DNA of 64,000 nt from Lama guanicoe (Eukaryota), in contig MU054187.1 of assembly GCA_013239625.1 (NCBI GenBank), positions 13,300,974-13,364,973 of the forward strand. Reading direction: 5' to 3'. The notes under the pieces were generated by a model. That model saw only the letters and a program-made list of their open reading frames with translations, did no database searches and was not told the DNA's origin. Numbering within the stretch: the first letter of the stretch is position 1; every line of letters begins with the position of its first letter. Of the stretch, positions 10,831-22,690 are shown piece by piece. Both the position numbers and the translations under genes were made by a program.

Positions 10831-12575
10831 TGAGATTATATTTGGAATTAGAATCCCTATACCTTGCTGACTTGGAATGCAGAATTATCGGAAAGGGAGC
10901 AATAAAGATAAGGGCCGCAGGAGACGGGGAAAAGCATGGAGCAAGAGGTCAGGGAATCACGTCCACCTGGGAAACGGCAAGTTGAAAATACCTGATACCT
11001 AAATGGCATTGTTCAGCAAGCGCGTGCCTGGAAAAAGAACTGAAACCAGAGAAATGGTATGGGCTGAAGATGCAAATTTGGGAGTGATTATTTAGTTCAA
11101 AATTGAAGCTCTCGGTGGAATGAGGCTGCACAAAGAGAAGAAAGGCAGGAATAGCAGAAACTGGTTGAGGACTGAACCCTGAAAAATGCCAAAATGTAAG
11201 GTTCAGTCTGATGAGAGGGAGCTGGCAAAGGAAACAGAGAAGAAGCCGGTGATTTTGGCAGGAAACTGGAGGGTGGGTCAGGGCAGCCCTGAGTGTAGAG
11301 AACTTAAGGAAGGTTGGACTCAACCTGTCTAAGGCTTTTGAGAGGCTGAGAAAGTTAAGGACAAGGGTGTGTCCATTGGCTTTGGCAAATGGAGGTGACC
11401 AGTGACCGTGAAAAGAGCAGTTTCAGCGGACTGTTAGGGTAGGAGCTGACGGAGGAGAATTGAAGAGAGAATGGAAGATGAGGAGGTGAGTGCAGACAGC
11501 ATGTCAAAAACCCCTCTTAAAAGAGGTGTGACTTGGAGAGGAGCAGAGTAATGAGCAATTGCTGGGAAAAGACTGAGAATCAGAGGGTTTATGTTGGTAA
11601 ATTGGGAGACACTAGAGAATCTTTGCAGACTGAGGGGAAATTAGCCAACAGAGAAGGAGAGAATGATGATGCAGGAGAGATGGGGAAACCAGAGGAGCTG
11701 GCATCTTTAGGAAGCCAGGAAGGATGGAGTCCAGGGCAAAGCGGAAAGCCTGGCTTGTGCCGGGAGCATCCCGCATCCTCCATCACGTGGTGATGCGTTG
11801 TGTGAATGTAGGTCAGACACTCCCGGGTGATTTTTTTCTTCTGTGATAACGTGCTCTTTAAAATCTTAGGAAATTCTGTCGGGGACAAGGATTGCGGTTA
11901 AGATCGTTGGACCCATCGTGGGCTGACCAGGTGAGCAACACCCCCTGTAAAATGCAAGGATTGTTCCCCTCTGCAAGCACAGAACAAACTTAGTAGGTGC
12001 ACTACTTTTTTTTTTCCTTTTTCAATAGCATACACTGAATATAATATTATTCCTCATTTTCTTTGTACTATAACCTCAACCCTCATCTTTGTTTTGAAGC
12101 AAGCAAACATCACAAACATTTTCAGTGATTTAAACTAGCACATGTATTTGGGTACTATTTAGTTTTCAGGCATGGAGTGCTTGTCTCCGGACTAGGTGAT
12201 ATTACAGGGGAAAGACAGCTAGACAACATAAGATCCCCAGAGTTTTGAAGTGTACAGTCAAATAGTAAAGTTAAGACCCATCCGGAAGTAACCATTGGTA
12301 GAAATCTGAATCAGTAGTAAAGTTACTAATCCAAGTATCTCAACTCCAGCTGAATAGAGAACTTAAAAGGAGTTCTTTTTTTTTTTTAAGTTTATTGTGT
12401 TGTGAATTTCAGAGAGGCAACTTTAGAATGTATTTCACCAGATTGCTTTAAGATTTTCTATTTAAAAAAGCCCTCTAAATGGTAATGATAAAAGTGAACG
12501 AAAGTTAAAAGCCAGTAATGAGAGAAAATAAGTTACTATGGAAAAGTACTTTCAGATTTTATTTTAAAAGTTGTA

Positions 12576-12875
12576 TAAAGGAGACTAAAAAGCCATGATA
12601 ACTAAACACAATGTGGGATTCTGGATTGGGTCCTGGGACAGAAAAAAAGGACGTTATTGGAAAATCCGGTGAAATCTGAATAAAGTCTGTAGGTTAGTTA
12701 ATAGTATCGTACCAAAGTTAATTTTTTAGTTTTGATAACTGTCCATGGTTATGCACAGTGTCAACATTAAGGAAAGCTATAGAAAGCTGAATGAAGCATG
12801 TATGGAACTCTGGGCTATTTTTTGCAACTTTTCTCCAAGTCTAAAATTATTTTGAAATAAAAAGCTTAAAAAATC
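12576..12875 (+). mobile_element. Old L1M (L1MD/ME-like) 3' end
   Basis: AATGTGGGATTCTGGATTGGGTCCTGG...GAAATCTGAATAAAGTCTGTAG...TTTGCAACTTTTCT..AAGTCTAAAATTATTT..AAATAAAA. Confidence 0.85.
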
Positions 12876-15423
12876 TATAATGATAAACATAAAACAATAA
12901 AGCAACAATCAATTTTGGTCTCCTAAAATGTTAGAAGATCCAGGCAACATTTCATAATTACTTATTCTGAAGCTTATTTAAACAAAAGAGAAATGCGCAC
13001 ATTGAAACATCAAAGTACCTGATGGAAATCATCAGATGCTTAAAAGTGTATGTCTCTATTCAATGCCAGCTCAAAGTTACAATTTAAAAAAATTAATTCT
13101 GTACCACAGAGGCTGCACCTAAAAACGAACGGTGAAGAGTTGCTTCATAGTATTTTTGTCTGTTCAAGCTAATTGCTGACAACATGGCTTAGTTTCAGAG
13201 TCTAAGAAACAGCAATCATTTTCTTCTTTTCTTCCAAATGCCTGAAAATAAAGTGCACAAAACCTCTGTGAGTTTTGTCATTAGACTTAAATCTAGAACC
13301 ACATATACTTAAGAAAATATAATTTCCACATATAAATTCATATAAAAATTGATAAAGCATCCAGATGAATTTACATGAAATACCCAAACTAGCCATATAT
13401 ATTATTTTAATTCATCGTGAGCTTGTTACATTTCTACCACCTTTATTAAGCAGTTGTATTAATTTTTTATTAAACAATTTTTAAAGTACAGAGTTTAGCA
13501 GTTTACCTTGTCTTGTATTTTATGACATGAGTCAGCCCAAATATACAAATTTTATAAACTATTCTCAGCTGCCACACTGACCTAGTTTTTATATTTGGGA
13601 AACAGTATCATCTGATAAATGAGAGTGAAAAAAAGTTAGGCAAATACTTACTAGAGCTTTGCAAAGCAAAAAAGGAAATGTAGTTGACAAGTATTTTCAA
13701 TTTTTTTCTTTTCAAAATGCATCTCTAAACTGAGTGATTACTTTCCATTAGTATAAATACAGTACCAAAATATTTCCAGAAACTGATAAAAATAGAAGAG
13801 TGTAGGTCTTTACTCAAAATTTCTCTAAAATTCTGCAACCCTACAAATGGATATTTACGTACTTTTGGCAAGTAAATGCATCTATACCAAAAACAGAGGG
13901 AACTGGACTCGTCTTGGTGATATCCTCCCCATACCAACCGGTATTAAAAAAGTAAAATTGCTCAAGGTTCATCCGCCTGATTTGAAGGAGAGGAAGTTTA
14001 TTCTTCATTTCCCAGCAGATTCTCTTTAATTTGGAAGCCACATTGACAGGTGGCCTCAACACTCGGGGCATTGCAGACCACCTTGAAGATCTCAGTGCCA
14101 GTAGCCTTTGAAGTCAGAATAATCAGCAAGTCATTTGATACCCGATCAGATGAAATGGCCCCATGGAGAAGGCTGTCTCTCAGGTAGACCGATTGTCTAT
14201 CAAACAGGAATAATTCGATACAGTTTGCTGAGCCAATTCATAGACTTAATGGAACTCTAAAGTGGAGATAAATGGGCATTACAGACTGATTTTCAGTGCT
14301 CTTACTTTCTATATAAGTATTAATACATTTTCTTTCAAGAGTGTATAAGCATCTATAAAAAATGGTTCTTTACTAATAATGAAGGGAAGAAAAAAATAGT
14401 TTGTATTTTATGGGCAGATAAAGCTCCCTCTTTTTTTGTTAAGCGGTAAAGTATTTGATCAAATATTTTGAATAAGGTGTCATCTAAAGTCATGTATAGT
14501 ACAAAGAAAAAAATTAATTTTTCCCCATGATGTGTGAATAGACAGAGAAAACAATTTCCATTCTTGGAAAGGAATTGATTTTTTTCCCATCAGGACAAAA
14601 TAAAATTTTCTGGACATTGAATGTTCTCTACTCTAGGATGATGGTTATTAAGATTTCTATTTCTCAAACCTGATTCCATTTGCATTGATTGAGTTCTTAG
14701 CTGGGTTTTTGCCCTTAGTTGAGCAGGTAAATTTATAGTTTTACTTTATGTAACCAACCCTTTGTGTTCAATTGAGGAGTGATTTATAGCTGCATTGTGT
14801 GCTCAGGAAAGGACCTAACAACATTTACTTGTACCTTTGTGACACTTATATTGTTGATGCTCATATCAATTCAACTTAGTACAAAAGTGCCTGAAACCCT
14901 CTTATAGTTCACTCACTGGGCCAGGTGCCATGTGAAGGCTGCTCCATAGATTACAATGGCTTTCTCAGTGGTACCGACAAATGTCCTGGTCAATCTCCCC
15001 AAAGCGAAGGATGTGTTTGACATCCTTTACATGGCTGCAGTTTCCAGAAAATCAGTTTCCTAGTTCACAGGAATGCTTGACCTTATGGAATAGGAAGAGG
15101 TTCCCATTAACAGGGACAGATCCCATGATTCACTACCTGTACTTGGGGAAAAATACCATTTTTGTTAACCTTTCCATTACCTATCATAACCGGCCCACCT
15201 CTTTAGAAGCTCAGACAGAGTGAAGGAAGAGATGACAATAAATGGGGTAAAAAAAAATAATTCTTTGAATACAAACCAGTAGCCCTGGGAATGTTCCAAG
15301 ACAGCTGAAGACTCATCTCTCTATGATTCCTGGATTTAATAGTCACTGGCCTCATCTTCAGTGAATGTTTGCCACTTGATTGTTGCCACATGGTTCTAAG
15401 GCAGTTAAACTGGAGATTCAAGG

Positions 15424-15720
15424 GCAGACTCAAAAGCTACATGCTGTAGGATTCATTTAATGACATTCTAGAAAAGGCAGACTTTTAGGAACAGAAAATA
15501 GATCAGTAGTTACCAGGGGATTAGGGTGGAGGGAGGGATTAATTATAAAGGGGCAGTGCGAGAAAATCTGGGGAGGTGATGGAACATTTCTGCGTCTGGA
15601 TTGTGGTCGTGCTTATACAACTGTACATCTGCACCTGGAGACCTGTAAGCCAAAAAGAGTTCATCTTATTGCATGTACAATTTTTAAGTGATTAGAATAA
15701 CAATAAACCAGAAAAAAAAA
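15424..15720 (+). mobile_element. Old L1M (L1MD/ME-like) 3'UTR
   Basis: TGACATTCTAGAAAAGGCA...AGATCAGTAGTTACCAGGGG...GGTGATGGAAC...GATTGTGGT. Confidence 0.8.
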
Positions 15721-15779
15721 TCAAGGTGTTTGAACTCGTGTGGTTAAGAGGAAAAAGATTAAAAGGTTAAAAACTAGAG

Positions 15780-16310
15780 AAGACCTTAGAGAACTAGAAA
15801 GAAAACCAAAACTATGTAGAGTCATGGAAGGAAAAGGAAGAGAGACTTTCTAGCAGCAGATTATGGTAAACATAGTGTCAAAGAAAGTGATTGTTGACTT
15901 CAGAAAGAGCTGTTTTAGCAAAAGAGTGACCCCATTTAGCAACCACCTTATTCTTTCTTAGATCCGCAATTCGTGTGGCTTAACCACTCTCTGGTAATGA
16001 TAAGAAAAGACAAAGGTAGTTATTAGATGGGGCTTCAGGTTCAAGAGACAGAGTTTTAAACATGGGGACAGACTTGGGAATATGAGACACAGGGGCAAAG
16101 AATTCACAGGGGAAGAAGAGACTAAAGATGTTGATGGGAGTGAGAATGTCCCCTCTGGGGATGGGAAGAGCTAGAGGTTAGCCTTTAAGGAAGGGCAATG
16201 CCCTCTCTTCCCTTGAGTCAGAGGGAAAGACCAGAGATAAGACAGTGAAACTGAATCACTGAGGGGCAAAGGGCTGGATCCTGGGGTGATTATCCCAGAT
16301 GGCTGTGAAC
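15780..16310 (-). mobile_element. Highly decayed L2
   Basis: Purine-rich sequence with L2-like motifs (GTAGAGTCATGGAAG, GAGCTGTTTTAG, GAGGTTAGCCTT). Confidence 0.4.
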
Positions 16311-18061
16311 TCCATTCTTTCTCTCCAGTGGTGATGAGTCTTCATACAACTTACTCCTTCCTCTGGTAATTTTCATAATTGTTGGTGGGAGGTTTGGGGA
16401 GAGGGGGCTGTTTTTGTTTTTGTAGCTTTGACTGCTCTCTTGGGCAAGCTTACACCAAAGCTTACACAGCGGGCCAGGAAAGTGTTAAACCAGTGCCCCC
16501 TTGTGGCCTCAAGGAAGAATGGGGCCCATTGTATACTTGGAAACACAAACTCCTAGACTCACGATGCTCTGTAAGAGGCATACAGAGGTACCATTACATC
16601 CACCAACATTTTCTTCTCCACCAACATTTTCTTCTCCGTAACGTAACCACGGTTTACTCAAGTGTTTCCCTGAATAAATATTCAGGGATAATGTGCAAGT
16701 AGAAATATTAATAATGAGTACAATTACTGTTCAAATGAATTCTACTTCCAGATGTGTTCAGGTACATGTACAGCCTTCATTCAGACAAGACTTGTGAGTC
16801 TGTAACTTTTGGCATCAACAAAAAAAAAAAAAAGGAGAGTAAAACTGGCTCTGAAATTGTTCTGACTCTTCCTAAGCTTAATGGGTGTCATTTATAAATC
16901 TGTTCGTAAGCCTATGGACCAATGGCTGAAGGACTAGAAACCAATTTGCAGTGGTGTTTGGAATGGGAGACTTGGGGTGCAGATGTTAAACATCAGCAAA
17001 CTCAAGGCAGTTGTTCATGAACAGGCCTAAGAATTGATAAAACTTGACATATGCCATACCATGTTTGCCAATTAAATAAAAACCCCGCGGAGACACACGT
17101 AGAGCTTTAATTGCAAAAATAACACCTACGCTAAGGAGAGGTGCAGCAAGAATTCTCATGATTGTCATTACCTCTAATTGGAATCAAACAGCAAAATCCC
17201 TGCCCTCCGTAAGCCATATTCATTTCACAGCTGACATTTGTTTTTTTTCCCCTCAACCGATATTTTAAAGTTATCACATAGGAAGGAAAATGTTTTAGGG
17301 CCCTGCTCCGTTCAGTGTTCTAGCCTTGATTTGTAGGATTACATTCAGAGGCCAGGCTCAGCCCTTTCTCCATACTCCTTTAGGTCCATATGGCAAAATG
17401 AAAATTGTGGCTCTTCCTCCTAAGCCATCGTGTCCATGGGAAAGTGTCGGCGCGAAGCAGAGGAGAGTGTGAATTTCCACACTCAGAACCTGTTAGTAAA
17501 GAAACAAATGACTTTATGGTTTCCATCCTTAAATGGAAACAAAATGGCTTCACCTTTGACTCATGACAATTTTGTCCATTCAGTCCAAGTGGTTCCCAGA
17601 GGCCACGCACTTCCAGATCTGGAAATGATTCGATGTGGCAACAGTGAATGGCAGGATGTGCCCGAATGTTTAGACCCCTGCTGATAACCTGAAAGCTGAA
17701 ATTTATAACAGCTTCAGAACTACGATGGTATTGATTTCTCAAATTGGCCTGGTTGAGGATTGATAAATCTGTCAGGAAGTACCACGGGGAATCCCTTCCC
17801 TGGTTGCTTGAATGGTGGAGAAGAATGAAAGTAACATGGCTGAGAGCTGAAACGGTATTTAGGGACTGCCCTGAGTCTACAACGGCAGATGCCTGAATAA
17901 AAACCAAAAATGCAGTCAATTACCCTGGATGTTTGGCCCGTCCAATAGCTAAATACACAAAAGGAAATAAAAGCATAGACACAATGTCTTCCTTGCACTA
18001 TTGTTCTTGGATTCATTGGAATTTTCTATGGAGAAATTATAATAAGGTCTATTTTTTGACT

Positions 18062-18715
18062 TTCTATTTTTTTATTATTTTTAAAGTTGTCAAATAGCAA
18101 AATCGTTTCCTTTTTGGTGTACAGTTCTACAAGTTTTAACCCACGTATAGACTTTTATTACCATCCCTACGGTCAAGTTACAAAATAGTCCCCCAAAACG
18201 CCCTCTTGCTGTATCAGTCTATAGTCATGCCATCCACACCCCAATCTCTGGCAACCACTGGTCTATTCCTCGTCACTGTAATTTTGTCATTTGCGAATGT
18301 TACATAAATGGAATTACACAATGTGTAACATTTTGAGACTGGCTTCTTTCACCTAGCATGATGCTTTTTGAGATTTATCCAAATTGTTGCATATACTAAC
18401 AGTTCCCTGCTTCCCCAGTAGCTGTGTATCATGTAGATGTATCATAGTTTGTTTATCCATTTACCCACTGAAGGACATTTAGGTTCTGGTGATTATGAGC
18501 GGAGCTTCTTTCCATTTTTGTGTGTGCCGGGGTCATCATTTCTCTAGGACAGACACCCAGAAGTGAGCCTGATGGGTCTTATGGTAAGCGTATGTCTAAC
18601 TTCGTAAGAAACTGCTCAACTGGTTTCCCGTACCACGGTACCACTTTGCATTCTTAGCATTAGGGTGGAAGAGCTCCAGTTGCTCTGGAACACCTCTGCA
18701 CTTGGTACTGGTGTT
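18062..18715 (-). mobile_element. L1MC/MD-like 3' end
   Basis: GTACAGTTCTACAAGTTTT...CTGGCAACCACTG...TAAATGGAAT...GGCTTCTTTCAC...TTTATCCATTTACC..TGAAGGACATTT. Confidence 0.85.
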
Positions 18716-21564
18716 GTCTAAAATAGACCTTACGTCAGAGAATGTGACCCCAAAGGCTAATATGTCAGAGAATGCGACATAAGTTCTGTTTTAGATAACA
18801 CCAGCCAGAAGAGTGAATTCACCCCCGAGAGTGATGGTAAATCAGGACTAGAAAGGAATAGATACAGACATAAACTCACACAACAGCCTTGGAGAGGAAC
18901 TGTGTGAGCAGATGAATTTCCCACGTCTCGGAGCATAGAGAAGGACCATCAGAAGGTCAGGGAGAGGTGCCTGGTGGGTACACGTCCAGCATCACACTCA
19001 TCTTTATCCCCACCTGACTTTATATACTTATTTAGCATCTGTCCTCCCGACCCCAGCCCTATCTATAAGCTCTGTAAGAGCAGCTGTTTTGTATTTTTGA
19101 AGTCACCATGCCTAGATCATTGCTTGTAATGTAGTAGATCCAAGGAAAACACGCAGATACGGTGAGTGAGGTGGAGAAAAAGACAAAGACAAGAGATGAA
19201 AAACTGTGGAAAGAATCACAAGAAGTAGGTTGCTCATTTCTGGCTGATGAAGCTGAAAGGTACAGATGCAAAAAATCTAGGAAAGGGCTATACACGAGGA
19301 TAATGCCTCAGAGAAAGGTGAAGTGGCGTTGAGAGCAAGCCGACCACATCATGAGTGATGTAGCATGTCTCCTCCTGAGAAGCATTCCTCCTGGTGGTCC
19401 TCCTTAGCACCCGGGAGTCTCTTTTCAATTAAGCCAAAGCGTTTAATTTGCAGTGTTGAAAAAGCAGGAGGCAGAACGGAAGATTAGAAGCTATTAACAC
19501 AGACATGTCTCTGATTGTCACCTTTCCCCTTCACTATGTGCTTTTTTTTAAGATGACAACACAAAAGTGTGATGTAACACATGACAAAAATGTCTTCCTG
19601 ATTATTGGGAGAAGTTTCCGAAATTAAGATTGCTTATGGAGATGAGGACTGAAATGTATTTGGAGTACGTGATGTGGTATCTTATTTCAGCACATTGCAT
19701 TTCCTATTCTGATCAGGTTAATATTCACGCAGCTTTGTTGTTTGCAAGTATTCCTGTTGAGGGCAGAACAAATGACCTTGGAGGCTAATACGGTGCAGGG
19801 AAGGCAACTTGAGACATAAATGTGCTCTGAATACATACAACGAGCCACCTAATATTTCTGCGTTATCGTTACGGGTCTAGGGCAGCCAGCCAGAGGAAAT
19901 GCATGTCCTGGAATTCAATGGAGGTCTGGCTTGAGCTTGAGACAATTCAGCTTTTTAATCAATGACACATAAAATCTAATAGAAAATATTGCTATTAAAT
20001 ATATGGATGACTAAATTAGGCCACTGTGGTGCTATAGAGAACCAAATTAAAAATAGCAAAGCAACCTTATTAAATTGTCAAATAGAAAATGAGGATACAA
20101 GTGAGCAAGATAGGATTGAAAGTTACAATCTGACAATCAATAAAGGAGGAGGAAAGGGTGGGTAGGAAAGTGGGTAAGGAGGACCCATTCTGTGCAAACT
20201 GGGCAGAAAAAGATCTGATGATCACAGTGATCTGCAAAATGAATACTAACCAGTAATGTCAAGAGTGTTATGTGCTTTTATGAAAGCAGCTAGTATCATT
20301 AATACATGAATAGGGACATGGGGGTAAAGGAAGTATCTATACGAGTTGTTCCCTCTGTTTTTTTTTTTTAATTCAGACTAACAGAGATTGAAGTCAACCT
20401 GCCACAGCAAGCTGCCTTTGCCACTCAAGCCCACCACATCAGGCTGCTGAGATCCGCTGGAGTGAGGCCATCTCTTCACAGATAGGTTTTCCCATAGTTC
20501 CTGCTTCCTCCAGGCGACGGTGACCACTGATCTTGAGCATTCTCTCCTAATCTCCAACCCACAATTATGTGACAGCAAAAAGTTAGTGAGAAGGAGATGC
20601 CCCATGAGAAAAGTGGCCCTTAGCCATCTGGGGAAACTGACTCTTTTGTCTAGTTACTTTGCTAACAACACCTGGAAATGAGTGGCCATCCTTTGTAGCT
20701 GGAAAAATTATTCTGCAACTTACCAAAGCACACTGAACCATCTCTCTGCTCCAATGCCCAACAACCCCCACCTAGTCACTGTTGACTCCCACCTGTCATC
20801 ACTAGTAAAGGATGGGGGCTGACTAGTTATGTAGGGATTAAGCTGAGACACAGGTGCCTTGAACACACACGCAGGTCACGGGAGTCCTGACTGCAACTTC
20901 AGTGTGTGGCAGACTGACTTGGAAAATGCTCAAAAACAGTGGTTAAAAAAAAAAAAAGATATGATTATGGGTTTAGGAACCTGATCTGGTGGGGAAAAGA
21001 AAAATGAACTGTATCTATTTTATGAACAGAAGAGAATCCTGACTGGGGATCCTGTTTGTGATGGCTAGTGGCTGTTTTATGTTTGAACTTAAGAATGGTT
21101 CAGGAGCCTTGCTCTGCAGAGTGATAGATGCAGGTGAGACACGAAGACCTGCCTAAATGAATCATTTACAAAGATAATGAACTTCGCTATAAATTTTTCA
21201 GAGGAGACACAGCATTTTGGAATGTTTGAAATCAATCACATTAAATGTATATGAAAGTGTGTGACTTTTGAACTACCCCCAACTAGGATCTTCTGGGGAA
21301 GCATGTACACATTTAAGGGACAAAAATAGTCTTCAAAAGAAAGCTCACGTACCCAGGGCTGTTAGGCCATCCAGCCTTAAATATTGTTTTGTGCTCTCTA
21401 TTCTCCAGATTTTTTTTCTCTTGAGCACTACAGCTATATTTAAAGTAGGGTCATAATTAAAGTTAAAGGAAACTTTTAGAGTCAAAGGAAAGGGGCTTGG
21501 AGATGGATGAATCAAGATGGAGTGGTGTCCTGCTCACAGTAACCTTTTCTAGAAAGGAAGAGAG

Positions 21565-21775
21565 GCATGGCAGTGTTGGGCTCAGGCCACCAGTTTCGTG
21601 ACTTTTGACCCCAGATTAGTGACTTAACTACCTCTGAGACCCTGAATTAACCTTCCTGAGCGTAGCATTTTTTATAACATGTACAATAGGGATAATGATA
21701 TCTACCATGCTGTGCTGTTAATAGGATCAACACTGATTTAAATAAATAGCTGACATACAACTGGTACTCAGATTG
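21565..21775 (+). mobile_element. MIR SINE
   Basis: GTGACTTAAC...CTCTGAG...AATAGGGATAATGATATCTACC...AGGATCAA. Confidence 0.55.
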
Positions 21776-21870
21776 TAGTCATGTTTACACCTGTCCCTTC
21801 ACATGCCCCACTGAGATACATTATACTGTATTGCATTGTATATAATGTGATGTTTACCTCTACAAACATG

Positions 21871-22052
21871 GTAGGCAGCCAACTAAATCTGATCTGAAAT
21901 TTAAATTCCAGATAAATAACATTCTTTTCAGTGTAAGTATGTTCTACGCAATTTGTGGGACATACTTATACAAAAAAAGTGTTTGTTGCTTATCTGAAAT
22001 TCACATTTGGCTGAGTACCTGGCATTTTTGTTTACTAAATCTGGCCAGCCTG
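21871..22052. mobile_element. MER53 palindromic hAT MITE
   Basis: AAATTCCAGATAAATAAC...TAAGTATGTTC / GGGACATACTTATAC...GTTGCTTATCTGAAATTC...AAATCTGGCCAGCC; arms are mutual reverse complements. Confidence 0.8.
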
Positions 22053-22554
22053 CCTACTCAGCATTTATTCAGTTTACCCCTTTCTAACAGTAAGTAGACT
22101 TTCGTTCTGGTAATGAACCCTCCCCTACAACAGTTGACAGCGCATTTCCTCCCTCTGGCCGAAGTAACTGGTTATTCGTAGGCATGTGATCTAAGTCACA
22201 GTGAATTTAGGGACTCTTGTCTGGAACCCCTTATTGGAAATACTTGCTCTCTGTTGAGTGTAAACAAGAAGTAAGGGCTCCCCACATTGTTGGTAATCGT
22301 TTGGCTACCATGCAAGAAGCTCACCTATAAAAGAAGAGAAACCCAGCTGGGGAACTGCCATCCCTGGAGCTTGGGGTAGGACCAGTTTCCTTCGAGGTAC
22401 ATTGCCTTGTGGGATGTAGGGAGAGATGGACGTCTGACCAAAATTTTTTTCCCCTTTTTTTTTTTTGGAAGGAAGGTAAAAGGGATAATTAATGCAACAT
22501 GGGGAACTGCCAATATCCACTACAGGGTGAAAAGTTGAAGCAAGAAAAAGTGTG

Positions 22555-22690
22555 TGTCCTCTGGGTTAGAATGCTTTAGTTGCAGGTAATAGAAAAAACC
22601 TAACTCAAGTGTAAACAATAAAGGGAATTTGTAGGTTCTTGTAACACAAAATCCCAAGGATAGGGAAGCTTTGGGGTTGTCTTCAGGCTC
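22555..22690 (-). mobile_element. MaLR LTR end (MLT1K/L-like)
   Basis: GTTAGAATGCTTTAGTTGCAGGTAATAGAAAA..CTAACTCAA..TAAACAATAAAGGGAATTT. Confidence 0.6.

Larger units (their letters stand above)
9375..11760 (-). mobile_element. Long decayed L2, interrupted by two MER5A and one MLT1J
   Basis: L2 3' motif TATTGAGCATTTA, resumes after 9765 (TTAGGTGCT...GTGAACAAA...CTCATAGAACTTA); later GGTTTTAAGCAGGG, GGCAAGTTGAAAATA, GTCCATTGGCTTTGGCAA...GAGCAGTTTCAG. Confidence 0.75.

Noticed and set aside
17380..17919. 179-aa minus-strand ORF
   Set aside because: Non-ATG start, no recognisable family, no supporting exon structure on that strand.
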